From the NCBI RefSeq assembly GCF_001194135.2, contig NC_069004.1, forward strand, positions 32,728,221 to 32,792,220: a DNA stretch of 64,000 nucleotides, read 5' to 3'. A model generated the notes under the pieces. The model was not told the DNA's origin and made no database searches. It saw nothing but the letters and a program-made list of their open reading frames with translations. This document shows, one piece after another, positions 50,381-63,700 of the stretch (position 1 is the stretch's first letter; every line of letters starts with the position of its first letter). The stretch is from Octopus bimaculoides (taxonomy: Eukaryota). Both the position numbers and the translations under genes were made by a program.

Positions 50381-53289
50381 GTTTATATTTATATAAAGGG
50401 CATTATTACAGAAAAATAATAACGCCACACAGTGGACTTCTATATAGATAAAACAAATAATAAATGAGTATATGCATATATACGTACAGGTATGTGCATA
50501 CCTACGTCTACCTGTATATATAGGTGCATATCTGGGTACAGGACATTGCAAACAAAACGTAGACAATAAAAAATAATAATAACCAGAGTACAGAAAACAC
50601 ACAAGCCACATAGAGAACATTTTCCTTCAGTCCTTCTGTTTTAATGCCTTCTTATTAATTAACACACTCACCGGTTCAATTTCCACTCGTTATTTTTCTT
50701 CTGAAATTTTTTTTGCTTCTTGCAATCTCTTCAATCGTTGTTGACTCTTGTCCGTTCGTTTATTTCTTGTTTCTACACCAGTTTTTTAGTGACTCGATGG
50801 TGGCAGTTGTGTTCGTTGTTTGGACCCATGCCAAGCTCTGACCGAACAAACGTACGATCAAAGATGTTCCTTCCGGCCATGACCACCCGTCCTTTGTTTT
50901 CTTTGCTTAATCCAGCGGTGTGCCTATAGTAGAAAGGATTATTTCTAGCAGGTCGAGCGACCGCATACATAAAGTCCGTGTGTGTGTATATATATATAGC
51001 GACCATATTCATAAAGTCCGTGTGTGTGTTTGTATATATATATATATAGTATTGTGTGTGTGATGCTTATCTGTCTACCTCTAGCCCCTCCCCGATAAGT
51101 TTGTTGTGGCTGTTTTTATTTTGTCAACCATAATCGATTGTTATTTAATCATTATCTTAATTCAGGGACCAGATAAAATTAAAATCGGTCAAATAACTGG
51201 GGTAGGAATTCGATCGTTCATTTCTCCCCCACCCCCACCCCGGTGTCCTCGAAGTGTGTGGCCTTGTACTTAATCGCTACTATTTTTCGAATAACGATAA
51301 GGATAATTAATGAGCCGAAGCCAGCAATTTTATAAGGAAGGGATTAGTCGATTACGTCGACCCTAGTGTTCAACTGGTTATGTATTTCATCGACCCCCGA
51401 AAGTATGAAAGGCAAAATCGACCTCGGTGGCATTTGAACTCGGAACGTCAGGAGCCGAAAGCAACGCCACCAAACACCCNNNNNNNNNNNNNNNNNNNNN
51501 NNNNNNNNNNNNNNNNNNNNNNNNNNNNNNNNNNNNNNNNNNNNNNNNNNNNNNNNNNNNNNNNNNNNNNNNNNNNNNNNNNNNNNNNNNNNNNNNNNNN
51601 NNNNNNNNNNNNNNNNNNNNNNNNNNNNNNNNNNNNNNNNNNNNNNNNNNNNNNNNNNNNNNNNNNNNNNNNNNNNNNNNNNNNNNNNNNNNNNNNNNNN
51701 NNNNNNNNNNNNNNNNNNNNNNNNNNNNNNNNNNNNNNNNNNNNNNNNNNNNNNNNNNNNNNNNNNNNNNNNNNNNNNNNNNNNNNNNNNNNNNNNNNNN
51801 NNNNNNNNNNNNNNNNNNNNNNNNNNNNNNNNNNNNNNNNNNNNNNNNNNNNNNNNNNNNNNNNNNNNNNNNNNNNNNNNNNNNNNNNNNNNNNNNNNNN
51901 NNNNNNNNNNNNNNNNNNNNNNNNNNNNNNNNNNNNNNNNNNNNNNNNNNNNNNNNNNNNNNNNNNNNNNNNNNNNNNNNNNNNNNNNNNNNNNNNNNNN
52001 NNNNNNNNNNNNNNNNNNNNNNNNNNNNNNNNNNNNNNNNNNNNNNNNNNNNNNNNNNNNNNNNNNNNNNNNNNNNNNNNNNNNNNNNNNNNNNNNNNNN
52101 NNNNNNNNNNNNNNNNNNNNNNNNNNNNNNNNNNNNNNNNNNNNNNNNNNNNNNNNNNNNNNNNNNNNNNNNNNNNNNNNNNNNNNNNNNNNNNNNNNNN
52201 NNNNNNNNNNNNNNNNNNNNNNNNNNNNNNNNNNNNNNNNNNNNNNNNNNNNNNNNNNNNNNNNNNNNNNNNTGATAGTGTATAGAGGAATATATAATTT
52301 TAATAGAGTTCCAACTCTATCTGTTTTTTATGTTTTATTTATATTCTTATAAAATTAATGTGAGGTATGGAATATATAATATAAATAGTAAAATGAAACG
52401 AAGTATTGAATGTCTTATTGAGTATTAAATATATATATATAGGGGCTAGTATACTTTCCTGCTTTATAGCAGTCATCAAGGTCCCGTCGTGTGGGACAAT
52501 GCTAATAATAAAAATAATAGTTATTTCAAATTTAGGCACAAGACCAGTTATATATTGTCATCATCAGGGTGGACCCAAGAGAAGTAGGGGAGGCTGAGGT
52601 GCACATGCCCCCTCGAAAAAAGAAGTGCGCCCTTCTAGATAATTTTGCATATGTTGACTATTTTCTTCTTCATCTGCAAATACATGGCCTTATTCTTATG
52701 TCAGGAATCATTTTTTTAAGCTCACATAAGCTCTGGACTTTTAGCAATTTTTAGGAATATTTCCTGTAAATCTTAATACCACCAAGGCATGGTTCAAAGA
52801 GTCGAGGATAATCTTGAGTTCATGGTTTGAAATAAAAATGGAAAATAAATTTTACATAAATATATTTTCAAAGATAAATATTATGGTTATGTTGATGAAA
52901 TCAACTCCCCCCCCCCCAAATAAAAACAGCATTATTAATTAAGAAGCAAGCATATACCACCCATGTATGTACAATTTAAACCACAAACTGAAAATTTCCT
53001 GTGGATAAAGACCTTCAACAATCAACATATCATTTAGAAAAGTAAAAAAGAAACATGAATATCTGTTCAATTAATCGGATATTTTATTGAAAACACATCA
53101 TGCAAGAAGCACCCAGGACACTCTGTAAAGTGGATGGCATTTAGGAAGGGCGTCCAGTTGTGGAAACTATGCCAAAACAGAGGACCTTGATGCAGTCCTC
53201 AAAGCATCCAACCCATGCCAGCATGGAAAACTCGTGTTGAATGATGACCATGATGATGATGAAGAATGTCAAGAATTACTTTAGCATGA

Positions 53290-53500
53290 ATCAGGGTTTA
53301 TGCATTATTTGTTAAAGCAGATGTCTTCGTTATTTCCTTGAAATTCACTCTCAATATTTTAGGACCAGCTTGGTCATTGCGGTCATTCAGTCCCTTCCTT
53401 ATCCTGCTCCTTAAGAAGTTCTTTGCTGAAAGATCTCTCAGCAGATGTCATTGTAACAGGCAAATGTGCAGAACATTTGCAGTGTAGTATGTAGTTTTGG
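53290..53500 (-). mobile_element. hAT transposase C-terminal dimerisation-domain remnant
   Basis: Minus-strand PVTMTSAERSFSK matches the hAT 'PVT.ASAERSFS.L' motif; the frame is broken afterwards. Confidence 0.65.
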
Positions 53501-54574
53501 AGAAATATAATTTAACTTTGTACATTTTTTTTTTTTTTGTGTATTTAAAAAAGTTGATGTGGGGGGCCCCTCCTCCCCCTTCCCATACTCTCACCAAAAA
53601 TTTGATGCATGTATCATCTTAAGGTACCTCATTTCCACTTGCATGGATCTTGAGAGATTGTTTAGTTGTTTCTCCAGAAATCTTGTGCATATAACACCGA
53701 GTTCATCTTGTTCTACTGCAGTGCATGGTTTTTGCATTACAAATGCACCTCAGCATGTGAGGTCGTTTATTTTATTGCATGTGTGCAACATTGCTGTACT
53801 TACCTCGCATCAAAGAAACACCTTTAAGTCTACTGATTTTCCGTAGCCATCCTAGTGAAATGTGGTTATATTTTGTCATAGCACTTCTTCTATATACACA
53901 CTGCTGTAATGTCCCTAGAGATCTGTGTATATAGACATCTGTGACTTCTGATGTATAATTTTTGTATGTTATTGTGTCATTTAATGTCATCAGCTTCTGA
54001 AATATGCTGCGACAGAACCAGACTTTGCAGGGGGTGAAAACTGTGGCCCCACATTTTCACAATTCTAATGTACTTTTTTTTTTTCTTTTCTTTTTACTAA
54101 TCCTCTGACGGTATCCTAGCATGGCCAACTAGTTGGATCGTATCATGGCTGTATCTCAGTAGCTGAAACTAGAGTAAAAAACTTACAATAGATTTGAAGA
54201 AACCAAAGCAATTATATTCTGGACTAATTAAACTCATCTCTTGTCTGAAAAATTATAATTGTATTTTTATTCATTTCATACAATTAGATATTGATTAAAA
54301 AATGACAACACAGTAGCATCTTAGTGTGTGTGTGTGCATCGGTATTTGTCCCAGTGGTTTGTGTGTTGAGCTCCTGACCATAAGGCTGTGGGTTTGATTC
54401 CTGCACCAGGCAGCATGTTGTGCCATGGGGCAAGGTGCTGTGTAACCATACTGTTCTAACTCTCTCTCTCTCTCTCCCTCTCTCCACCTGTCACATCCTC
54501 CATGTCCTGCTTGCTTGACGGTGTAAGGACCAAGAGGAGGTCTATGTCCACTCACAACGACACAGACACCTTAA

Positions 54575-54795
54575 CCCTTTAGCATTTGAACCAGCCACAT
54601 CTGACCAAAATACTCTACCTGTTTTAGGTTCAAACTGGCCAGATCTTGCCTCTCACATTTAACCTACAATGTCATTCTAAAAATAGACAGTCACATCATC
54701 AAAATCCCAAAGTTACAAGATAATACAAGAGTAATTCCCAGCACCATAAATAGACAAACGTAACATTTGACAGAATAATCTGGAATGCTAAAGGG
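54575..54795. mobile_element. piggyBac-like MITE (partial opposite-orientation copies near 39700-39860 and 42800-42950)
   Basis: TTAA followed by CCCTTTTAGCATT at the left end; AATGCTAAAGGG followed by TTCAA (degenerate TTAA) at the right end. Confidence 0.65.
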
Positions 54796-56363
54796 TTCAA
54801 CCATTAATGAAGTCCTGGTTACCCTCTGCCAGGTCATGCTTGCAACGAGTTTGTTTCTCTTTTTGGTTTTGTAGTTGGATGAATTAAACCTGAATCTGCT
54901 CTGTAAACCTTCAGTTTTTGGGTACCTTATTGTGTCCCGATTACAATATACAGTTTTCAGGGTTTCTTAATTAAACCCTCTTCACACTGACTCATCTGAG
55001 GCCTTCTCTGGATTTTACATTTCAAAACTCTTCACATCAAAGTGTTCGTATTTGAATTAAACCATGTACCACGGAAATGAGATCTAGCGATTCAATGGAA
55101 AGCAGTTTTATTCACCCAATCTAGTTTTTCGTTGAGGAGTGTCATGTTTGGAACTATTTTTTGCTTTCAAGATATGTCAGTTTTATTGATGCATTGTGAC
55201 TTGTAGAAAATACCAATTCTATGTTTTGGTAGATATTTAACATCATTCCTGGAATAACCATGAAATTTAATTTCACAGTTGTACATCATTTTAATATATT
55301 TTACACTAAGTGATCAGTATTTTTATATATTTTATACTAACTATTACATCTAACTATGCAGCTAGTTTTTCAATATATCTTTTAGTATTGACTATTATAG
55401 CAATATGCAGTCACTATTTTAATGCATTTACTGCAGAAATCAGATATATCTTTTCAAAACTGCAGAAAGCAGTTTTATTTACCAATCTATCTTTTGTTGA
55501 GGAATGTCATGTTTGAAACTAGTTTCTGTTTTCAAAATATGTCAAGTTTATTGAGGCAACATGACTTAGAGAAAATATCAATTCTGTTTTTTGGCAGATC
55601 TTTAACATCATAATTTGAATTAATAAACTCTTGCTAATATGTTCCAAACACTAAATATTGGCAGGAAAAGTTCTCTCACTAAATTCCTTCTCCAAGTTCT
55701 TGATTATTTTCTAAATTAATTCAAACCCGTAGGCAACAGATGTTGTTTAGTCCCAAATCAACCTTGATTAAACAGACCTGTAATTAAAGGCATTCCAAAT
55801 GTGACCATCCTCTCTTTCTTTCAAACCTAGTACATTTACGACTGCATTAGATTGTCTCCTTCAATTACAGTGTATCTATGACAACATTATCTAATATGTC
55901 CTTCATTTAAGACAGTGTTCTGATGATTTGGCTGCTATTTCAAGCTAAGTGGGTACCTTCGTTAGTTTGGACATTCCTGGTAGTTGACCCAGGCAAGGGG
56001 AACATGTAGAATGAAATCTACAATACACAATGAAAAACTGACCTAGCCTGGATTTGGACTTGACTCTTGAGGCTAGTTGAGTAATCCTATACCATGCTAC
56101 CTGTCTTGACCATTTTCTTTCTGAGTGATTTACAGACTCTCCACACACACACACACACACACAGAGGGCACGTGTGTAGCCCAATTTAGCACACCATTTC
56201 TGTTGACATCAGCAAGAATCAAGGTTGAACATTGAACTTCACAGCAGAGGTGATGGGGGAGTGTGTGTGTGTGTTTGTGTGAGAGAGAGATGTATCACTT
56301 GTGTGGCGAGGATGTTATAGATATGTGTGTACGTGTATGAATGCATATGTGCTTCTCCCCCCT

Positions 56364-56429
<66 letters not shown>

Positions 56430-56895
56430 AGCACACACACCTGTGTATATATATGTGTGCATATCTATATATATATATAGAGAGAGAGGGGGGGGTGTAA
56501 TGCAATATTTAAAAGCTATTTATTGCTTAATCTATTTTGAGTTCTATTGCTAAAAATTAAGATATAGGTTTATCTTTAGATATCTGTGGAGTGGGGGAGT
56601 GTGTGTAAGATAGGTGGGAGGTAGAGTGGCCTGGATATGATCTGTCAAGAATTTGATAGCCTTTGATCTCTTCCGGCACCATGCTCACGGCTTGTTCAAG
56701 TCTCACCTAGGGCCAGCAGGATGGCCACCTCACAACACTCTCCTCCTCCTCTTCTTCTTCCTCTTCATTTAAACCAATAATCACTCATGCCATTTATCAC
56801 CTCATCTACTATTCAAAGTCATCCTAATTATCACTCATTATTTATTGACTGATAATTAATCTATTTTCAAGATGGTTTCTATTTCCGACCGAGTA

Positions 56896-56926
<31 letters not shown>

Positions 56927-57397
56927 GTGTTGGTGGCGGTGGTGTTGTCGCTTGGCCTCACGTCAGCCCACATCTAGTAAACATACAATCAAAAGCCTAC
57001 ACATATTTTTGTATATTAGGGATCATGTCGTCTGATGCATCCTTCAAGACAATAAGGGTGTGATTTGAGGAAGATTTGGTTGTTGTCTCTGGCAAGTCGA
57101 GCTACATGTTTTCATTGCTGTTGTAATTAGTGGCTTCAAACCAAAGTGTGCCTGGAGAGTCTCTGTAACCAAGGGGGACTTGTAGTTTAGTAGCAATTGT
57201 ACCAGAAACTGGGGCTTGTGAGTAACACATGGCCCTCTGCTCCATCTAGGAAGGGAGTAACCGTGAATGAGAACAAATTCAGCCTGTGATGACTGGCTCG
57301 ACCCATGGCAACATGTAAAAGCAGACATAATAGGATGATGATCAACATCATCTTTATTTAATGCCTCTGTTCCATGCTGGTATGGGTTGTTATTATT

Positions 57398-57595
57398 AAG
57401 GTGGCGTGCTGGACGAAGTGCTTAGCAGTATTTTGCCTGTCACTATGTTCAGAGTTCAAATTCCGTCGAGGTTGACTTTGTCTTTCATCCTTTTGGTGGG
57501 GTCGATTAAATAAGTACCAGTTACGCACTGGGGTCAATGTAATCGACTTACCCCCTCCTTACAAATTTCAGGCCTTGTAACTATAGTAGAAAGGA
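57398..57595 (+). mobile_element. SINE family B (copies about 2575-2780, 14335-14520, 29978-30165, 62755-62972, 62985-63165; inverted about 14560-14690, 29010-29170, 51330-51470)
   Basis: Recurrent 'TTCTGAGTTCAAATTC..CC.AGGTC.ACTTTGCCTTTCATCCTTT.GGGGTC.ATAAA.TAAGTACCAG' with a B-box-like GAGTTCAAAT and an (ATT)n tail. Confidence 0.85.
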
Positions 57596-58453
57596 TAATA
57601 ATAATTATTATTATTGCTAGCATCAGATAATTATTTTGAACTTCAGTGTTGATAGTCCAACCAGACAAGTCCTGTTCCAATAAAACTGCTCACTCCATAT
57701 TTTCTGAACAAAAGAAGAAAAAAAAAAACGTGGGGGTAGTTTCGAGGCAGCTCATTTGACTGCTATCTCTAGCAGATTGAATAACTGCATAGAAAAGCTT
57801 ACTCATATGGTGAAGGATTCAACTGACAAATAACAAATGAATAATGATTAAAAATAGTTTTTGTTTTGTGTCTCTCTGTTCAGAGTTCAAGCTTTGTCAG
57901 TGGTAGTGTACCCTTAAAATCAATCCCTGTTGTTCCAAATGGTGAGTGGTGATAGGTCTTGATAAAGTTAAGTACCACTCATACATTGGGGTTGATGCTG
58001 TCGACTGCACCACTTCCAGATGGAAACATTTGTATTTTTATCTGTTCCAAAGATATTCTTTATTATTTAGCCATTTGTCTTATGCCACTCGACTTCTTAA
58101 AAACAGCAGCCAATTCCCCTCAAACTCTTAAAAACAGAAAGAGTGCATCGGTTGATGTAGTCCAGGATACTCTTAAAAAAAGATGAGATGGTCATGGCTG
58201 GAATACCTCTGATCCTAGGTCTACAAGGATGGTCAGCTAAAGAACAACAGCCCTTGACATAATAAAATGGTACTTTATGCGATGGTACTTTACATATAAC
58301 AGTTTCTGGTTGTGGTACGTGGGAGGGCTGGGTACAAATGCTAGTGTGAATGTACCATATGTCACACATGGGGGTGTGGTTGGGGTAGGCCTTGGGCTGT
58401 GACCCTTTGACACCGACTAATGAAGTTCCTTTCTGTGTGTTCTCTACTTGTAG

Positions 58454-58567
58454 ATTGTAACCAGTGATGAAGATTACCGTAAGAAGTCCCTCGAGGTTGA
58501 CGACACCCCTGTCCTACCCGAGTTCGTTGGCGAAACACATATCCTCACAGAAGAGCAAATTACTACG
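58454..58567 (+). CDS. OXR1: OXR1/NCOA7-family exon leading into the TLDc domain
   Basis: CTTGTAG acceptor and GTAAGC donor; 114 nt, phase 0-0. Encodes IVTSDEDYRKKSLEVDDTPVLPEFVGETHILTEEQITT, resembling the 'P.L...S.LL....I..L' start of TLDc. Confidence 0.88.
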
Positions 58568-58814
58568 GTAAGCCCCAACATGAAGTCTTTTATCTTTTTT
58601 ACTTGTTTCAATCATTGGACTACAGCCATGCTGGAGCACCACCCTGAAGAGTTTTCAGTCGAATGAATCGACCCCAGTACGTTTTTTTTTTTTTTTAAAG
58701 CTGGTACTTATTCTATCAGCCTCTTATGTTGAAACCACTAAGTTATGGGGATGTAAATAAACCAACATCTGTTGTCAAGTGGTGGTGGGGGGAACAAACA
58801 ACGCATACACACAC

Positions 58815-58975
58815 ATAGATGGGGTGCTGAAAAGTTCCTGGCTTTGGGTAAAAGAAAATACACGAAGATCAGTTAATTATGATTTTATTCAACATATTTC
58901 CCTGCTCAGATTCCCTCACTTATTGCCGCAGTCCTTCAGTTTTCCTAAGCCCTGTAAAAGAACTCGGAAAGCCAG
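58815..58975 (+). mobile_element. Mariner-like element end (second copy inverted at about 34800-34915)
   Basis: GGGGTGCTGAAAAGTTCCTGGCTTTGGGT...GATCAGTTAATTATG...TTCAACATAT is shared with the reverse complement of 34800-34915, which ends at TA. Confidence 0.5.
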
Positions 58976-58993
58976 GAATTTTTCAACAGCCCC

Positions 58994-59025
<32 letters not shown>

Positions 59026-59855
59026 TTTTATATACATACACGGTGGGCTTCTTTCAGTTTCCTTCTACCAAATCCACTCACAAGGCTTTGGTCAGCCCGA
59101 GGCNNNNNNNNNNACAAAACCGGTTATTTCTCAAAATACAATGTTTATATACCAAAAAGATTTTATAACATTTTTATAACATTTTTCTGACATAATTTAA
59201 ATATATACTTTAACCATGTAACACAAGCCTTCTGTAGTTTTTTCACTCTTATTATCTTTTATATATATATATATATATATATTTTTATATACATACACGG
59301 TGGGCTTCTTTCAGTTTCCTTCTACCAAATCCACTCACAAGGCTTTGGTCAGCCCGAGGCTACAGTAGAAGACACTTGACCAAGGTGCCAGGCTGTGGAA
59401 CTGAACTCGAAACCATGTGGTTGGGATGCAAGCATCTTCCCATGGCAGCCACACCTGCACCTGTTCTTGAGAAAGACTTCTTTCTTCAACACATAAGATA
59501 TTGATTTTAGAGAAACAATGTGTTTTCTTTCCATTATTCCATCTGTATTGTGGTTTGACCAAAGCTGAACTACTAATTTACAGGGGCTTAAAGAAACCAA
59601 AACTTATCAAATGGTGGGAGTGGTGGTGGGGGTAAACATAAAGGCACAGACACACACACACACACACACACAACAGGCTTCCACACAGTTTCCGTCTGTG
59701 TGAAATTAAGCAGATGGATACTGTGTGGAAGCATAGCTGCAATTGAACAACTAAAGCTTTCCCCACTTCCTCCTTTTCTCATCTCCCACCGTCACTCACA
59801 TCCCCTGTTCATTTGATTGTTTTTAAAGCACCTCCTCCTCTTCTTTTTTCTGCAG

Positions 59856-60008
59856 TTGGTGGAGCATCTACCCGGCCGTACAGTGGGTTACTCCTGGATA
59901 CTCATATACAGTACAGACTTACACGGCTTCAGTTTGAAAACTCTCTACCGAGACATGACCAACTACGAGAGTCCAGTGTTATTGACTGTCCGTAACACTC
60001 AGAGTCAA
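59856..60008 (+). CDS. OXR1: TLDc domain exon
   Basis: TTTTTCTGCAG acceptor and GTGAGT donor; 153 nt. Encodes LVEHLPGRTVGYSWILIYSTDLHGFSLKTLYRDMTNYESPVLLTVRNTQSQ, with the TLDc 'HLP.R..GY.W.L.YST..HG.SLKTLYR' signature. Confidence 0.97.
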
Positions 60009-60185
60009 GTGAGTACCGTTTCTAGTAGTGTTGGTGTGGAGTGGGAGAACCAGTGCCTGGATAATAATTAGAGAAAAATTATATTTTCTTTGAAGTCCCT
60101 AAATCTTAGGGGTAAAATTCTTGTTTCTTGTCACAGCTGTTACCTCCCCATCCTAACCGAGTTGCAATGTTTGTTCTTGTTACAG

Positions 60186-60281
60186 GTGTTTGGTGCTTTA
60201 ATATCATGTCCTCTGAAAGTTAGTGATCATTTCTACGGCACCGGAGAATCCTTCCTGTTCACCTTCCATCCAAAGTTCAGG
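60186..60281 (+). CDS. OXR1: TLDc domain exon
   Basis: TTACAG acceptor and GTGAGT donor; 96 nt. Encodes VFGALISCPLKVSDHFYGTGESFLFTFHPKFR, with the TLDc 'VFGA...FYGTGE.F.F' motif. Confidence 0.97.
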
Positions 60282-62004
60282 GTGAGTATTCTGATCAGAG
60301 ACAATGTGTGAGAGAAATTGAGAGATGGATATTACTGTTTTTATTTGTATTACTCTTTCTTATTCTTCCGTCCTTTCTCTGTGCATGTGTAAATATATAT
60401 ATCAAATCTCCTGCAATTTAACTCTGGATTCCTTGACTACAATGTAACCTTCATTTAACTAAGGTACCTTCGACCTGATGAGTAGCTAGCAGTGTACCTT
60501 TCATTGAGTAATTAATACTTCCAAAGTTTTGCTAGCTAGGAAACATATATAGCCTGGATTTTACCTGCGCCATTCTCTCAATTTGGATTTTTGTTCACAT
60601 ACATTGCAACCTTAGTTGATAACCGTGAACTTATAAAGTACCTTCTACAGACTGCTTGAAGCTTACTAACTTCCTACACCTGAGTCCTTGGTGCTTGCTT
60701 TTACATATCATTATATAATATAACAGAGTAACGTACGGTAGATTTTCTACCTGGCCAGTTCCTGTGAACCATCCTACCCATGCATGCATGGAAGATGGAC
60801 GTTCAATGATGACAATCAAGACATCATGAAGAAGAATTATACATTTTCAAAACTTATTACATTATTATTCTCATTAAATTCCGGTAGACTAGTAAGTAAA
60901 GGTGAGTGTAGATGAGCCAGGTGAGGGGGATATTCTGAACTATCCTGTCCAGGGTTCAAGCCTGGTCAGGATGAGGGAAGAAGGTGAGTCTTTTTATTTA
61001 TTTTTTTTTTTCGTTTATACAAAAATATTAAAAAATATATTTCCTAGATAGAAATTGAAACCTCTACCTTCATACAAGGTTATTAGTTAAATTACTAACA
61101 CCTTTACCTATTAGGCCATCAAACCAACACCTGAGAAACAACTTAAAAATGAGATATTTAAATCTATTTTTATTATTGATTGGACACTATTATAGATTTA
61201 AGTATCTTATTTTCCACAGAAATTAACAGGGCACCCAATGTAAGTAAAGACANNNNNNNNNNNNNNNNNNNNNNNNNNNNNNNNNNNNATCCTGTCCAGG
61301 GTTCAAGCCTGGTCAGGATGAGGGAAGAAGGTGAGTCTTTTTATTTATTTTTTTTTTTCGTTTATACAAAAATATTAAAAAATATATTTCCTAGATAGAA
61401 ATTGAAACCTCTATCATCTTGCAATGCTATTGAACTAATTATAAATACCTTTATTCAGGAGGTCGTCTCTGCAGCAACAAGAACAAGCTTAAAGATGGGA
61501 TATTTATTTAAATCCATTCTCAATAATGATCTGATGCTGTGTTAGATTTAAATATCTCATTTTTTACTGAATCTCGAAGTGGGAGACCCAATACATACAT
61601 ACATATATATATATGGGAGAATATACGAAAAAACAACAACAGACGAGGACAGGTGGTGTAATGTACATACATATACATATATACATATATACATATACAT
61701 ACATACATATATATACATATATATATCGTCATTGTTTAACATTTGCCTTCCATGCAGAAGCCTGCACTAGACTTCTGTGACTGTCTTGGTAGGATTTTTA
61801 CAGCTGGACGCCCTTCCTAACACCGAGAAAATGTATACACACTTGAGGAAAAGAAAAATCTGTATAAATATTTGTATTCAGTGTTATCGCAATTTCGTAA
61901 AACATAGAAAGAGTTAACTATATTTATAGAGGTACTTACACAAGTTAAATATTTGTACAGATTTCTCCTTTCCTGAAGTGTGTATACATGTCTTGGGCAG
62001 ACCC

Positions 62005-62051
<47 letters not shown>

Positions 62052-62306
62052 ACCACTATCATTTAAAATCTGTTTTCCACATGCTGGCATGGGTTAGACA
62101 GTTCGACAGGTGCTGGTAAGGCTGGGGACTGCACCAGGATCCATTGTTTTGACATGCTTTGTACGGCTAGATGCCCTTCCTAACACACACACACATAAAA
62201 TCCCCATCTCTACAGGTACAACCTTTTTTTTTGCCTTTATCCTATCCTATTCACATCACTTTTGTCTTCTTTCGTCATTAATTTCTGTATTTTACTTTTG
62301 TTCCAG

Positions 62307-62380
62307 ATTTTCCGTTGGACTGGAGAAAATAATTTCTTTGTAAAAGGCAACCAAGAAAGTTTGGTTATTGGTGCTGGAAA
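62307..62380 (+). CDS. OXR1: TLDc domain exon
   Basis: TTTTGTTCCAG acceptor and GTAAGT donor; 74 nt. Encodes IFRWTGENNFFVKGNQESLVIGAG(K), with the TLDc 'F.WTG.N.FF.KG...SL..G.G' motif. Ends in phase 2. Confidence 0.97.
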
Positions 62381-63564
62381 GTAAGTGCAAAGCATCAATA
62401 AGCGTCCCAGTGTTTTCTCTCCTTAAGCAGCTCTGCACCTTTCCTCTATTTCATTCATATCCTTTACCTTAGTCACCTTTTTCAAGCCTTAATGGTTATA
62501 CTCTACTCTCGACTGCAAATCAATCCAATGAGAGAGAAACTATGTGGTAGAAGCACAAGGTGAATAGAAAGTGAGTGGCTGGACAGAGGGGGCAATAGTG
62601 GGGGCAGAATCGTTAAGAACTGGAAAAAAATACCTTAAAATTTTTCCTCCAGTTCTTTGTTTTGAGTTCAAATCCTGCTGAGGTCAACTTTACCTTTCAT
62701 CCCTGCAAAATAGCTGGCTTTGTGCCGTAATTGGAAACCATTAGTATTACTATTAAGGCGGTGGGCTAGCAGAACCATTAGCAGGCCAGGCAAAATGCTT
62801 ATCAGCATTTTGTCTGTCTTTACAATTCCGAGTTCAAATTCTGCCAAGGTCGACTTTGCTTTTCATCTTTTCGGGGTTGATGAAATAAGTACCAGTTAAA
62901 TACTGGGGTCGATATAATCGACCAGCTCACTCCCCCACAATTTCAGGTCTTGTCTCTATAGTAGAAACGATTATTAAGCTGCCAGACAAATTTGTTTAGC
63001 AGCATTTCTTTCAGTTTCACATTCTGGGTTCAAATGCCATTGCAGTCAACTTTGCCTTTCACTCTTTCAGGGGTTGATAGATAATTAAGCACCAGTTGAG
63101 CCCTGGGATCGACATGGTTGACCGGCCATCTCCTACGAAATTCCAGGCCTTGTGCCTAAAGTAGAAATACTGAGTGGGGTAAGCACTGACGATGGTGTCA
63201 CATAAAAAGCACCCAGTGCCACTCAGTGAAGTGGTCGGCATTAGGAAGAGCATCCAGCTGAGGAAACCAAGTCAAAACAAACTAAGGAACCTGGTACAGT
63301 CCCGGTCCTTGCAATTTCCTCTCAAGTCATCCAACCTATGCTGACCAATGATGACGTATTGGTGGAACCAGTAGTGTCAGATGAAATGCTTTGTGGTATT
63401 TAGTTACCGTCCTTTACACTGTGAGTTCAAATCTCACCAAGGTTATCTTAGTTTTAAAGTCATTTAAATGAACAAGTTTTCCCCTCCCACTAAAATCTAT
63501 TGTTTGTTACCAACGTCAGACATTGTTGTTAATCTATTGTTTGTTATTGTTTTGTTATTTCCAG

Positions 63565-63700
63565 GGGCTTCTTTGGTTTATGGTTCGACGGAGATCTCTA
63601 CCATGGCCGGAGCCATCCTTGTGATACTTTTGGCAATGACGTCCTTTGCGAAGAAGAAGATTTTGTTGTGCAAGCGTTTGAAGCTTGGGGTTTCGTATAA
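63565..63700 (+). CDS. OXR1: TLDc domain terminal coding exon with stop codon
   Basis: TTATTTCCAG acceptor, phase 2. Encodes [44 protein letters not shown], with TAA at 63698-63700; matches the TLDc C-terminus '[17 protein letters not shown]...EDF....E.W.F'. Confidence 0.97.

Noticed and set aside
7936-52285. Long ORFs containing X runs or YI/CV/HT dipeptide repeats
   Set aside because: Artefacts of N gaps and (TA)n, (TG)n or (CA)n microsatellites.
57939-57947. ATG|GTGAGT start-codon-only exon (also at 26982)
   Set aside because: The first lies in a decayed SINE; neither has promoter support.
59030-59360. Exact ~80-bp duplication around a 10-N gap (similarly 60945-61070 versus 61290-61415)
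   Set aside because: Identical direct copies adjacent to gaps are most simply scaffolding or haplotype artefacts.
60953-60983. 31-nt AG...GTGAGT cassette inside a TLDc intron
   Set aside because: Frameshifting length, and it lies in a block duplicated next to a gap; could only be a poison exon, with no support.
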